Shown here: piece after piece, positions 40,338 through 52,903 of the stretch
Layout of the letters: the number at the start of each line of letters is the position of its first letter
Numbering within the stretch: position 1 is the first letter of the stretch
NCBI RefSeq assembly: GCF_006345805.1
Contig: NC_043004.1
Span: 38,006,001 to 38,070,000, forward strand
Length of the DNA: 64,000 nucleotides
Direction: 5' to 3'
Origin: Octopus sinensis
Taxonomy: Eukaryota
Notes under the pieces: model-generated
Told to the model about the DNA's origin: nothing
The model's input: only the letters and a program-made list of their open reading frames with translations
Database searches by the model: none
Program-made: the position numbers and the translations under genes

Positions 40338-42364
40338 TTAATGAATTTCGTCTGTTGTAGATGTGCATGTTTCCATGTTTTCAAAGATGGATATTGGCGG
40401 TTTTTCGTCTATTTTGTTAGTTCCATTTGTCCAGTTATCTTTTAATATTAGCGATGTTGAAGGAATATGGTTTTGAAATATATTGTACCCCTCTCTACTA
40501 AACTTCTTCATAGGTGTCAATGAGAAAGACAACCTGTTTGGATTGTCATTGTTACTATTAGTATTATTATTATTGATGGTGTTATTGCCATTGGCTGCTT
40601 TATTTTCATCTGCACATTCTTCATGTTCATCTTCCTCAAGTTCTTCATCTTCTTCTTCTTCTTCCTCTTCTTCCTCTTCTTCTTCTCCCATTTCATCGTC
40701 TGCATCAAGATCTATTTCTGCCCTGATCAGTTCGCCTTCTTCTAGATCATGTTCGTTATCGTCATCGTCACTGATCCTCGATATATCATCGGTGGTGTCT
40801 AGCGATTGAACTGTTATATTCAGTTTCTCTTGAATGTCCGATTCGTTTTCACCATCCATCCCAACATCAAGATCAAATTCAGAATCTGCACTGCCATCAA
40901 TCAATTTTGTCATATCAAAGCTGATGCCATCAGGAGAAACGCAATTCCCAGCCTTCCAGTGTGTTTTTAAACCGCTGGGGCTAATATATTTTCGATTGCA
41001 GTTGGGACATTCATAAGGTCGCTCATCTGTGTGCAATCTTTTATGTAATTTCAAGTGAACAAATTGTGTGAATTTCGACGGGCAAAGTTTACATTGAAAT
41101 GGTTTTTCTCCACTGTGGAGTCTCATGTGTGTCTTAAGGTTACTTGTACTACTGAAGCGTTTACCACAGGATTGACATTCGTGAGGCTTTTCGCCAGTGT
41201 GTACTAGATGATGCTTTTGAAGATGAGCTAGCTGTGTGAAACCCTTGCCGCAGGTTTGGCATACAAAAGGACGTTCACCCGTGTGAGTGCGTAAATGAAC
41301 TTTCAGATTCGACAGTTGTCCAAATGTCTTATAACAAACGTTGCATTCGTAATGCATTTTACCGTCTTTTTTCTTCAGTGGGTATGGTAGTGATCGATAA
41401 CCCCTCATGTTCCCTGTGGTTGGGTCGATTTTTGGTTTGCTAAGGTTCAATACTTGCTCGGGTTGTAGAGATGACCTGTGCATATGGTGACGGTCAGAAA
41501 TACTTGAGATGCTAGCGGTTAGTGGACCAGATATTGACGAAGGTGAATTATGGCCAGATATTGAAGTCTGATGGAATGCTGTCGGAGGGAAGAGTTGCCA
41601 CTGGAAACCAGAATACTGGTAAATACTTGGTATAGGATAAATCGGCGGTATTGGTGGGCTTGGAAAATAGATAGGATTAGACGTGGAGAATGACTTAAAT
41701 GGTAGTTTATTATGTGCCATTTCTGGTCGGAAAGAACTCCAGAAGGATGAAACCGGAGAAATGTTTGGAGACATTATTGTTGGAGATCTATATGGCGTCA
41801 CTAAAAGTGGCATGGTGCTATCAGCTTTATATTTCTCCCCAATTTCTGACTTTATATAATTTTTGCTACCACGAAAACTATCACAAGCTGTTTTATCAAA
41901 CATGTATTTAAAGTCTTTGCCTTTTAGAGCTAAAGCGAGCTCATTGTTCATGAGAGGGCTAGATCTCGCACTCTTTATCATGATATCATCGTTTAAAATA
42001 TGGTTTCCATTTTTAGAAGACGTCTGGTGAAGCTTAGATATATCAGTTGATTTCGGAGTGGCCAGCCCGTTTGTAAGTTCCGACAGACAGTGTAAAGCTG
42101 GTGGACCATTGAATGCTTTATCCGGAACGTGTGTGCGCCTGGAACCCAAATGAAAAGCAGAGGCTCGTGATAAGATATCGTAGTTTTTATGAACACTGTA
42201 ATCAATTATATCTTCTTCAGATTGTTTCCGTATCGAACTAGTAATCAGCGGTTCTGTTTGATCCCGAATCATTGGTTTTTCATCAATTATTGAAAAAGGT
42301 ATCATTCTCCTTTCAGACGAACTTAATGGACGAAAACTTGATGTTCCATTTGGTTTCGTGTTAC
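40338..42364 (-). CDS. PRDM1: Blimp-1/PRDM1 terminal coding exon: Pro/Ser-rich region, five zinc fingers (40941-41351), acidic tail, stop
   Basis: Contains [40 protein letters not shown]...TQLAHLQKH...SSTSNLKTH...TQFVHLKLH...[11 protein letters not shown], the diagnostic Blimp-1 finger array with a C2HC fifth finger. Acceptor ttttcgcag|GT is phase 1, matching the upstream exon. The ORF-track poly-I start lies in intronic (TTA)n. Confidence 0.96.
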
Positions 42365-42388
42365 CTGCGAAAACATAAACAAAGATAC

Positions 42389-42456
<68 letters not shown>

Positions 42457-42474
42457 TTCAAATAATAATAAATA

Positions 42475-42710
42475 TTCTTATTTGTCTGAATAAAAAATAT
42501 TCAGACAAATACATAAGAAAAACACCAGGACTTACAAACACATATAACATACAGAAAATTGCACTACTAGGCACTGCACACATCCTACGCAGAACACTTT
42601 CCATACAATAACCATCAGAGCATCACAACAAATCACAGCACATACCCAAGGCACACAGAGCTGCGCTCGGTAGTGAAGTGAAAGCACGCTATAAAAATAA
42701 AATATGAATG
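42475..42710 (+). mobile_element. Short 3' fragment of a third R4/Dong-like family in (TAA)n
   Basis: Translates [38 protein letters not shown] (stop 42609-42611), followed by a ~100-nt 3' UTR. (AAT)n on both sides. Confidence 0.8.
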
Positions 42711-42747
<37 letters not shown>

Positions 42748-42748
<1 letters not shown>

Positions 42749-43189
42749 TCTGCTCAATACCACAGATTTGCTTGTCAGTTGTTTGACCTTAACCAGTTGA
42801 GCATGTCCCTTAGTGGCTGACGATATGTGCATCTCTGATCACGAGCAGAAGTAGTGGGGGAGCATCATAGCCATGTGTGAGAGGGATTCTTTGGGGTTTG
42901 AATAGTTCACCTCTGGAAACATGGGTGGTTCTTTCAACATCCTTAACCCAACCTTATTCAGGGACCGTTTGAGCGGGATGGGCTACTCAACCTGAAGAAA
43001 ATTCTAACTGGGCCCCACCTGCAAGGTCATGTGCTGTTTATCTTGATATGAGATCACCATGTCGCGCACATATGGTTGTGATGCATGTGCCTGGTGTACC
43101 TTTATCAGACGGGTAGTCATGATGGGTATATTGGGCTTCGTATATTTTACCCCAGTGTCACTTTGATGGCATGAACTGCTCTCTCACTC
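42748..43189 (+). mobile_element. Element C, 5'-truncated copy
   Basis: Matches the reverse complement of 9699-~10140, is about 100 nt shorter at the 5' end, has the same 3' terminus and is flanked by (AAT)n. Confidence 0.75.
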
Positions 43190-43239
<50 letters not shown>

Positions 43240-43430
43240 GCAAAAATATAGACAAATCGCAGAAGGCGATTGAAATAAAACGTCCGGTAGAGTTCCTACA
43301 GAAAATTTGTATCTTAGGACAGGAAGGATTATCAGGAGGGTTCTAAACATACACAAATATGTATACACACACACACACGCACACACACAAACACACACAC
43401 ACGCACACACATACATACACACACAAATGC

Positions 43431-43976
43431 GCACATTTATAGGTGTAGGAGTGGTTTAGCTGTTACAAGTTCACTACCAAACCATATGGATTCGAGTGTA
43501 GTCCCACTGCGTGACACCTAGCAGGTGTCTTCTACTAGAGCAGGGGCCGACCAAAACCTTGAGAATTGACTTGGTTAACTGAAAGAAACCCGTTGTATAT
43601 GTGCGTATCTATATGTATGTATATATATGTGTGTATATATATGTGTGTGTGTGCGTTCGTGCTTGTGTCTGTCACCTAGCAGCGTTTGACAGGCGGTTCA
43701 GAAAAGAGACTCATAGAACACATACCAGTCTTAAAAATAGGTACTGGAGTCGATTCATTCAGTCCTATGACCGAAACAAGTAAAAGATAAAAGACGAAAT
43801 ATATATATATATAGGCGCAGGTGTGGCTGTGTGGTAAGTAGCTTGTTTACCAACCACATGGTTCCGGGTTCAGTCCCATTGCGTGGCACCTTGGGCAAGT
43901 GTCTTCTACTATAGCCTCGGGCCGACCAAAGCCTTGTGAGTGGATTTGGTAGACGAAAACTGAAAGAAGCCCGTCG

Positions 43977-44017
<41 letters not shown>

Positions 44018-44420
44018 TATATATTTGTGTGTCTGTGTTTTTCCCCCTAGCATTGCTTGACAACCGATTCTGGTGTGTTTATGTCCCCGTTACTTAGCGG
44101 TTCGGCAAAAGAGACCGATAGAATAAGTACTAGGCTTACAAAAGAATAAGTCCCGGGGTCGAGTTGCTCGATTAAAGGCGTTGCTCCAGCATGGCCGCAG
44201 TCAAATGACTAAAACAAGTAAAAGAGTAAAAGAGTATATATATATATATATGTATTGCGTGGAATCTTGGATAAGTGTCTTCTACTATAGCCTCGGGCCG
44301 ACCAAAGCCTTGTGAGTAGATTTGGTAGACGGAAACTGAAAGAAGCTCATCGTATATATGTATATACATGAGTGTGTGTATGGTTGTGTGTATGTGTTTG
44401 TTCCCCTAGCATTATAAGAG
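43431..44420 (+). mobile_element. Cluster of three SINE family A copies (43431-43795 diverged, 43813-44235 full, ~44270-44420 partial)
   Basis: Repeated A/B boxes, CORE segment and body. Confidence 0.8.
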
Positions 44421-44990
44421 CGGTGAGCTGGGCTCGAAGAATCGCTAGCACACCGGGTGAAATGCTTAGCAGTATTTCGTCTGCCTTTACATTCTGGGTT
44501 CAAATTCCGCCGACGTCGACTTTACCTTTCATCCTTTCGGGGTCGAAAAATTAAGTACCAGTAGCATAATGGGGGCCGATCTAATCGACTGGTCCCCTCC
44601 CCAAAGATTTCGGGCTTTGTGCCTAGAGTAGAAAAAGAATCGTTAGCACGTTGGACAAAACACTTATTAGCATTTCGTTCGTGTTTACGTTCTGAGTTTA
44701 AATTCCGGCAGGTTCGACCTTGCCTTTCCTCCCTTCGATGTAATCACCCAAAAATTTCAGGCATTGTGCTAATAGTAGGAGGGATTATTACATCATAAAT
44801 TAAGGAAGCAAGCTGGCAGAATCGTCAGCACACTAGACAAAATGCTTAACAGCGTTGCGTCCCTCTTTACATGTTGTGTTCAATCTCGACTTTTCGACTT
44901 TTCCTTTCACTCTTTCAGCTTCGATGCAATAAGTACCAGATATCGACTAGCTCCATCCCCAAATTTCAAATCTTGTGCTTGTAATAGAAA
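44421..44990 (+). mobile_element. Three tandem SINE family B copies of increasing divergence
   Basis: agaatcgttagcac and B-box segments recur at ~44421, ~44636 and ~44808. Confidence 0.7.
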
Positions 44991-45128
44991 TGATCATTAT
45001 ATATATGCATCCATATGTACGTATGTAACTATGTATGTATGCATACATGCATGTATTTATGTATGTATATAGATATGTATATATACATATGTATGTATAT
45101 ATATATATATATTATATATATTATATAT

Positions 45129-45174
<46 letters not shown>

Positions 45175-45187
45175 TATATATATATAT

Positions 45188-45218
<31 letters not shown>

Positions 45219-45316
45219 TTATATATATATAATATATATAATATATATTATATATATATAATGTTATATATGTATATATATATGTATATATATATATGTA
45301 TATATCTGTATATGTA

Positions 45317-45380
<64 letters not shown>

Positions 45381-45989
45381 ACATACATACATACATACAC
45401 ACACATATATGGATGGATGGATGGATGGATGGACGAATGTAAGGATGGCTGGATGGTTGTGTGTATTCTTCACAATTTATATATTTGGTTTATACATTGA
45501 TATAAACCCGCGCGTAAAACAGTATTTTATAAGAGAATGAACGTAAACAAAGAAAAATTCTGAAAATGCTAAATTGTCGGGAGAATACCCCAAAACCTAA
45601 TGTGAGGAGGAGAAAAAATATTTGTTTCAATATTATATTGAACACAATTTGCTGCTCTTGTGATTGTCCAGAGCCAGGACACAAATGGAGAAAAGGGAAT
45701 CTCAATGTTCATGAAAGTGTTTACGAGCTTACTAGAGTTTATTTAGAGATATAGATTTATACGCACGTGTACCTGCATTAGCTTTTTTTAAGAAGTGTAG
45801 CATGAGTATTCCGCTCGTCTCTATGTGCTTGTGTGCGTGTGTTTGCGTTTTTGTATGCGTTGTGTGGGGGAGAGAGAGAGAGAGAACGAGAGAAATGAGG
45901 GAGAGAAAAACAACGAGAGAGATATTAAAAGACAGCGAGTGCTGAATGTAATTACGAACGCATAGGAACTTATGAACACAGCACGCACG

Positions 45990-46025
<36 letters not shown>

Positions 46026-46081
46026 CACAGAACAAACACGCATACACACGTACTCACACATACACACACAACATATATCTA

Positions 46082-46134
<53 letters not shown>

Positions 46135-46322
46135 TCAGTATGTACATAGTGATGTAATATATATATATATATATATAATATATATATTATATACATATAT
46201 TATTTATATATATATATATGTATATATTTTATATAGATATATATGTATATTTATGTATATACATAAATATATGTATGCATATATATTTTATATATATTAG
46301 ATATATGTTTATATATATATAT

Positions 46323-46390
<68 letters not shown>

Positions 46391-46413
46391 GTATATATAT
46401 GTATGTGTGTGTG

Positions 46414-46463
<50 letters not shown>

Positions 46464-46679
46464 ATATATATATATATATATGTATATGTATGTATGTGTT
46501 GTGTGTGTGTATATAATATATATATATATAAAGAAAATATTCAAACGTACATGCCCAAAAATGATTTAACAAGAAATGAAACGTCTGAGTGCAAAGCACC
46601 GTATTTGCTTGCCTCACATATAACATACATTCATTCATATATACATGCATGCATACATACATACATACAAACGTATTTA

Positions 46680-46717
<38 letters not shown>

Positions 46718-47331
46718 ATATATATTATTATATATATATACACACCACACACCATTATATGTACACACATTCGTAGTGTGGATGTGTGAGAGCAATTGCG
46801 TATTTGCATATGTGTGTGTATGTGCGGCACTGGTGAAGGAGATTGTGCAGAACTGGCTTAATCCTCCGTTAGGTCAACCCCCTAGGGACCATGACTGGTT
46901 CTGCTATTCTACAAGTCAGAAATGCTTTAAAGTAGGATTAGTAAAAAACTTTCAGGGAAAGTTATGGCTTTTAACTCTCGTTAGAACACTTCGCGGACTG
47001 GTTTGTCCATCGCCAGGCGTAATGCAGCCAGCTCCATAGCGTACGCACACACACACACAAACAGAGATACACACAAACACTTATACGCGTATATTTATAT
47101 ATATATTCGTGTGTGCATTTGTATGTATATATATATATAAAACACATGCACGTGCACGCGCGCAGGCATGCACACACACACACACAAACACACAAACACA
47201 CACATACATACGCACACTCTTGCATACATGTTCATAACTATCATTTCGTCTGCTGTGCGTAACTACTTATGTGAATGGTTGTGTGAAATGTGTTCAAGAA
47301 AAAGACAACTTCAGCGAGCACAAGACAGAGA

Positions 47332-47392
<61 letters not shown>

Positions 47393-48019
47393 TGAGCATG
47401 TTCATATGATAGAAATGGCACCCAGGCCGGTTCCTCATCGCCGCCAAATTTGATTTAAATCCAACTTTATCATTTTTTAAAAATACAGTTACCATAATTA
47501 GCGAGCTTTAAAGCTTATTAAAATTATGTCATATTTTTAGCATCATCTTCAATAGAATTTTTAATCCATGTTTTTCTTCGAAAAAATCCTTAAAGAAGAC
47601 GCGGTCCCAATTTCCATTATTTGGGAGAATAAATACAGTGGTAAAATTCCTTCATTAGCTGAGAAACCAGAACAAAAGTGAATCCCTAACACATTTGAAG
47701 AGTATTTTAAATCAAGTGTACCTCAATTGCTTCCAAAACACGCGCCTTAACTCGAAAAACGTCGTAACACACACACACAGAAGTTTATTAACATATCTAT
47801 TTTAATAAATATCATGCACATATATTTACCCGCATTTTATTTTATTTTTCACTTCAGTATCGGTTCAAGTATTTTCTCCTATTTTTATGATTTTCATTCT
47901 TTTAAACATAATTGAAAAGACCAACGTGCATCGGGTGAAGTTAAGTTTTATATCTTACTAATAATGTCTTTTAAAAATGACTTAAATTTGAAAAAAGATG
48001 CAACTCAAAACGAGATATG

Positions 48020-48112
<93 letters not shown>

Positions 48113-48373
48113 TAGTAAAAAGTGAAAAGGTTAAAAAATATATATTTGAGTCAATATGTCTGAAGAATGTTATAAATACAAATATATATGTATGTATTAG
48201 AAGAAATGAGGTACTCAGAAATTCGGATGGTTTTATATTTACAGATATTTATTTGTATATTACATGTTTTTATACAGCATACAACTTAGATCTATATAAC
48301 TTATATATATATATCACTATGGAATCCGTGTGGGCAGTCATCTAAAAGTTTTTGTTCGTCATGATGCTGACAT

Positions 48374-48475
48374 AAGTTCCTTGTCTTTCCTGATGAGAAG
48401 GCGGCATAATACACCCTTTATTCCTTCTGAATTGAGAATATGCAGTCTTCGAAACATGTCGAGAATAAAGGAATT
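48374..48475 (+). ncRNA. Type I hammerhead ribozyme, canonical core
   Basis: CTGATGA at 48390-48396; stem II GAAGGC-g-GCATA/TATGC-a-GTCTTC; GAAA at 48451-48454; palindromic ACATGT; GUC^ at 48460; long stem I aagttcctt-gtc-tttc/gaga-ata-aaggaatt. Confidence 0.85.
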
Positions 48476-48667
48476 TTGTTAAATCGTCGTTCGACTCCAT
48501 TCTTTCATTTATTTATAGTAAAAAAACACACAAATTTCCACACGAATGCACGTGATTTCTGCCCTTGGCATGTAGCTTTAACCGCGCTTTCTGACATAAA
48601 TTTGATACCCGGGTATCGGTTAACCGAATTATCCATACTAGGATAATTCATTCAACTACTTAAACTT

Positions 48668-48706
<39 letters not shown>

Positions 48707-49040
48707 GATATGATGTAGGAAACTATTGTATACAGTACTCAGGTGCACTACAACTTCCAGGAAGCATGGACGTTTTGAAAGATATAGTGTCTCAACAGCT
48801 AAGAACTGATGCTGGTAGTTTATTCCATGCTTCAGCAATTCTGAGCGTGAAAAAATGATTTCGAAAGTCATGGGTGGTGTGTTGTTTTGGATTTGATAAG
48901 CATGTACTTATATATATATATATATAAGTTTTTAATATTCTTCAGACATATTGACGCAAATATATATATTTCTTACCTTTAAACCTTCTGTAGTTTTTTC
49001 ACTTTTTACTATTTTCTATATATATATATATATATATACA

Positions 49041-49097
<57 letters not shown>

Positions 49098-49106
49098 ATA
49101 TATATA

Positions 49107-49278
49107 AAGGAAAGTTTACGAAAAAAACAAAAGACGAAGACAGGTGGTGCACAAACAAACAGATGTATTAGTATAACGCGCAAGAATAGAAAAAGTCATT
49201 TACGTTTCGAGCCTACGCTCTTCTACAGAAAGGGACACAGAAAAAACAAGGAGAGAAAAATGTGTGTAGCGGCTAACG
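49107..49278 (-). mobile_element. Third copy of the variant-HHR repeat (inside a Blimp-1 intron, sense orientation)
   Basis: Minus strand reads CTGTAGA(49228-49222)-a-GAGC-gtag-GCTC-GAAA-CG-TA(49203-49201). Confidence 0.65.
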
Positions 49279-49317
49279 ATATATATATATCTATATATCT
49301 ATCTATCTATCTATCTT

Positions 49318-49378
<61 letters not shown>

Positions 49379-49455
49379 ATATATATACTTATACGTGTAT
49401 GTATGCTTGTAATTTGTTAAACTAATTATTGCCGATATAATTACTTAGCTCTCTA

Positions 49456-49660
49456 AGGCGGCGAACTGGCAGAATTGTAAGCACGCTGGACAAATGCTTA
49501 GCGATATTTCGCCCGTCAGCTTCAAATTCCGCCTAGGTCGCCTAGGTCGACTTTGTCTTTTATCCTTTGGTGGGGTCGATAAATTAAGTAGCAGTAAAAC
49601 ACTGGAGTCGATATTATCGACTTGTCCTCTCCCACAAAAAATTCAGACTCTTGTCTATTA
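49456..49660 (+). mobile_element. SINE family B, diverged
   Basis: aggcggcgaactggcagaattg..caaattccgcctaggtcg..ggggtcgataaattaag. Confidence 0.7.
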
Positions 49661-49712
49661 TTTCCTTTCGCTAACTTAGTTATCTCTCTGAGTATTCCAC
49701 CATATATATTTA

Positions 49713-50063
49713 TGAGCAAAACGCCCCCCGCCCAGTGGACGGTGCTGAGTTGTCAAACATTTAAACCAAATTTTCTCAAAACAACTTGTCCGACCGTCCC
49801 ATAGGTCTCCCCTTTGAGAAACACTGATTTAACCTAAATTTGAGACACCAGCAAAACAAGAAATAAACATAGACTTTTTTCTATTCCAAAGAATGCTTTA
49901 TCGATTGCATTCTCACATGGAATCGATTTTTGTAATTTTTTGAAGACTTATACACGTCCTGATACCGTTGGTATCTACATAAAAAAATTGAGCGCAATCG
50001 GATGGAGGATGCCGGAGATCCTAGAAGACACACACACAAACAGAACGGATTTTATATAATAGA
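49713..50063 (-). mobile_element. Helitron-like non-autonomous element (degenerate 3' end)
   Basis: Minus-strand 5' end A|TCTATTATATAAAATCCGTTCTGTTTGTGTGTG. A GC-rich subterminal tract lies near 49722-49737, but there is no clean CTAG. Confidence 0.5.
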
Positions 50064-50265
50064 TCTGTCAGCGATACTTGTAAATTATTTTGTTTACTCA
50101 TTGTCAATGATGTTTCATGATTGTGACAGAGTGGAATTATATATGAATTCCAGGAAAGATTCGCACCTACATAACTGATAACATTTGAATGCCGTGTATT
50201 ACGTTTCACATCGGAACAAAGGTCCAATATTTTTAATGCAGAGCTTAGTTAAACAGTATATGATT

Positions 50266-50500
50266 GGTGGCGAGCTGGCAGAAACGTTAGCACGACGGGC
50301 GAAATGCTTAGCGGTATTTCGTCTACCGTTACGTTGTAAGTTCAAATTCCGCCGAGGTCGACTTTGCCTTTCATCCTTTCGGGGTCGATAAATTAAGTAC
50401 CAGTTACGCACTGGGGTCGATGTAATCGACTTAATACCCATGTCTGTCCTTGTTTGTCCCCTCTGTGTTTAGCCCCTTGTGGGTAATAAAGAAATAGGTA
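50266..50500 (+). mobile_element. SINE family B, full length
   Basis: Same consensus as the other family B copies. Confidence 0.88.
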
Positions 50501-50701
50501 TATATTTTACTGATTCTAAGCAGATAAATGTTGCATTTGGTTCTCGCTGATTTGAACTCCGTCCTTAGCTAAACAAAACTAAATTTACTACTTCTTCTAA
50601 CTCACTGGTGTATCAGTCTATTAAATTCCAGTTGCTTGAGGCACACACACACACACACTCACACATGTCGAAGGTTTTGTGAGCGAGAAATATACGCAGT
50701 A

Positions 50702-50917
50702 CAGTAATCCCTCGACTATCGAGAGTGCTACGGTCCAACCCTGCCCACCTCACGCGATAGGTGAAAATCCGTGAAGTAGACACAGTACTGTACTGTATAT
50801 TTTTTTTTTAGTATTTTTATAATTTGTATATACTTATTTTATTATAAATGCAAAACAACACCACAGAGGAAATATTTTGAAACCGCGATATGTGAACCGC
50901 AATATGGCGAGTGACTG
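50702..50917. mobile_element. Tigger/pogo-like MITE (degenerate)
   Basis: TA|CAGTAATCCCTCGACTATCG at the left end and ..CCGCAATATGGCGAGTGACTG at the right end, an imperfect TIR pair of Tigger type. Confidence 0.55.
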
Positions 50918-51008
50918 TCTTTCTTAACGTAATTTGTTATATATGTGAAGTAAAACTGCTTTAAAGAATTATTTAATAATGAGTATATGTTGAAATGTAG
51001 ACACATTG

Positions 51009-51052
<44 letters not shown>

Positions 51053-51061
51053 ATGTGTGTA

Positions 51062-51121
<60 letters not shown>

Positions 51122-51143
51122 CGGTACGACTCTTAAAGTTTAC

Positions 51144-51423
51144 CTGATAGAATAGTTGTCGTTTCATGTTGATAGTGGCCACGGATCATCAATGATGAAC
51201 ACATACTTCGATGTATCCGTTCTCCATAGTCTTCACAGAACCATACCAGTAGTTCGGTATCCGGAGGAACCGTCTTGATTGTATAGAAATAAATGTCTGT
51301 ACCGATCTGGCAAGCTACCAAATTCTGTTGACGCGTACTGAAAGCGAAGTTCACGTAACGCATCCAGTTGCTGTGAGATTCACGGCTTACATCGACTGAC
51401 TGCTGGACGCCATGTTTGTATAT
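51144..51423 (-). CDS. PRDM1: Blimp-1/PRDM1 coding exon (C-terminal half of PR/SET domain), 280 nt, phase 0-1
   Basis: Translates IYKHGVQQSVDVSRESHSNWMRYVNFAFSTRQQNLVACQIGTDIYFYTIKTVPPDTELLVWFCEDY..., with the NWMRYVN, QNL.ACQ, IYFYTIK and ELLVW motifs of PRDM1. Acceptor tacttag|ATA and donor TCAG|gtaaac. Confidence 0.95.
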
Positions 51424-51896
51424 CTAAGTATAAAAAAATCAGAAAATAGAAAATATTTAGAAAATCAATTATATTGAAGGACATAACAATATTTAGTTTG
51501 TTCGTTATGTAGTTAATCGTCTCAATTTTCAAAATAGATTTTGTGTAAGTATTCCGGATGTGTTGGTTATAAATTAAAAAAAAAATTTCGAACTAAACCT
51601 CATCATCAGGGAGGAAATATTTTGTAACGTTTACATCTACACTACTTTTCGCTCGGCTTCATCTCCACTCGTTATGTGGTGGATAATTTCTTGATATTTA
51701 AACAGAAGTGCAAATGTGTGGTATGCTCCTGTTGGTCAGCTATCAAAAGGGAGACAGTCTCCTATAGATTAAGATAAGTTGAAGCAGATTTGAAAGTGTG
51801 GAATATACATCAAAGAGTAAAGAAGGTGTGCAAAGCATAACATTTAATATTTTTTTCTACCCGTTATAAAAGTTCATAAACTTTCTACTTGCTGGT

Positions 51897-52203
51897 AGGC
51901 GTTGGAGTGGCTGTGTGGTAAGTAGCTTGCTTACCAACCACATGGTTCCGGGTTCAGTCCCAATGTGTGGCACCTTGGGCAAGTGTCTTCTACTATAGCC
52001 TCGGGCCGACCAATGCCTTGTGAGTGGATTTGATAGACGGAAACTGAAAAGAAGCCCGTCGTATATATATGTGTGTGTGTGTGTGTTTGTGTGTCCCCCC
52101 AACATCGCTTGACAACCGATGCTGGTGTGTTTACGTCCCCGTAACTTAGCGGTTCGGCAAAAGAGACCGATAGAATAAGTACTAGGCTTACAAAGAATAA
52201 GTC
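51897..52203 (+). mobile_element. SINE family A, 3'-truncated
   Basis: Head and body match the other copies up to aagaataagtc. Confidence 0.85.
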
Positions 52204-52903
52204 TGTTTCATCCTTCTTTTGAATTCTCAGCACGGCAAGAGTTAAGACAAGCAAATCGGCATTTTACGTAGTTATACAATTGAACTAAATCAAGGAAATG
52301 TATTCCTAAAAAAAGACGCATAATCTTTAATCCATTGGGTCATTGATGCATACATTTTTCTTGATATATATTTATGTGCACCTCCATTAATGAGTTATCT
52401 AATGACGATCAGTGTTCAAACCGATTAAACGTACTTTATCTGTAAATATTGACATATTTTCAGATTTAACCTTGTACTTATTAAACTTAAAAATTAGCAT
52501 TTTGTCGTTAATTAAACACCTGATTTATGCATTAACCGTTGTAATCAGCACATCAAATGAAAGGAAATTGACTTAAAGAAATTAAACAGAAAAAAAAAAA
52601 TTATAAGTAAATAAATAAAACAAATCTTAACAGGAAATTGTTGGAGTGATTTTGAGAGAGCGTATTTGTGTGTGTCTGTGTGCCAGCGTGTGCCAGTGTG
52701 TGCCTGTGTCAGGGTTGGTGAAACGAGGTGCGCATCCATGCATGGAATATAAATCTCGTGTTTGAGTATGTGTGTTACAGCGATCATTATACTATACATT
52801 GTTACAATATACAAGAATTTTACTCTCTCTCTCTCTCTCTCTCTTTCTGTATATATGTGTATAATATACATACATATATATATACATATACATATATATG
52901 TTA

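Noticed and set aside
42365-42461. ORF-track N-terminus MNIIIIII... of the 707-aa protein
   Set aside because: Intronic (TTA)n upstream of a good acceptor; the real frame is entered by splicing at 42364.
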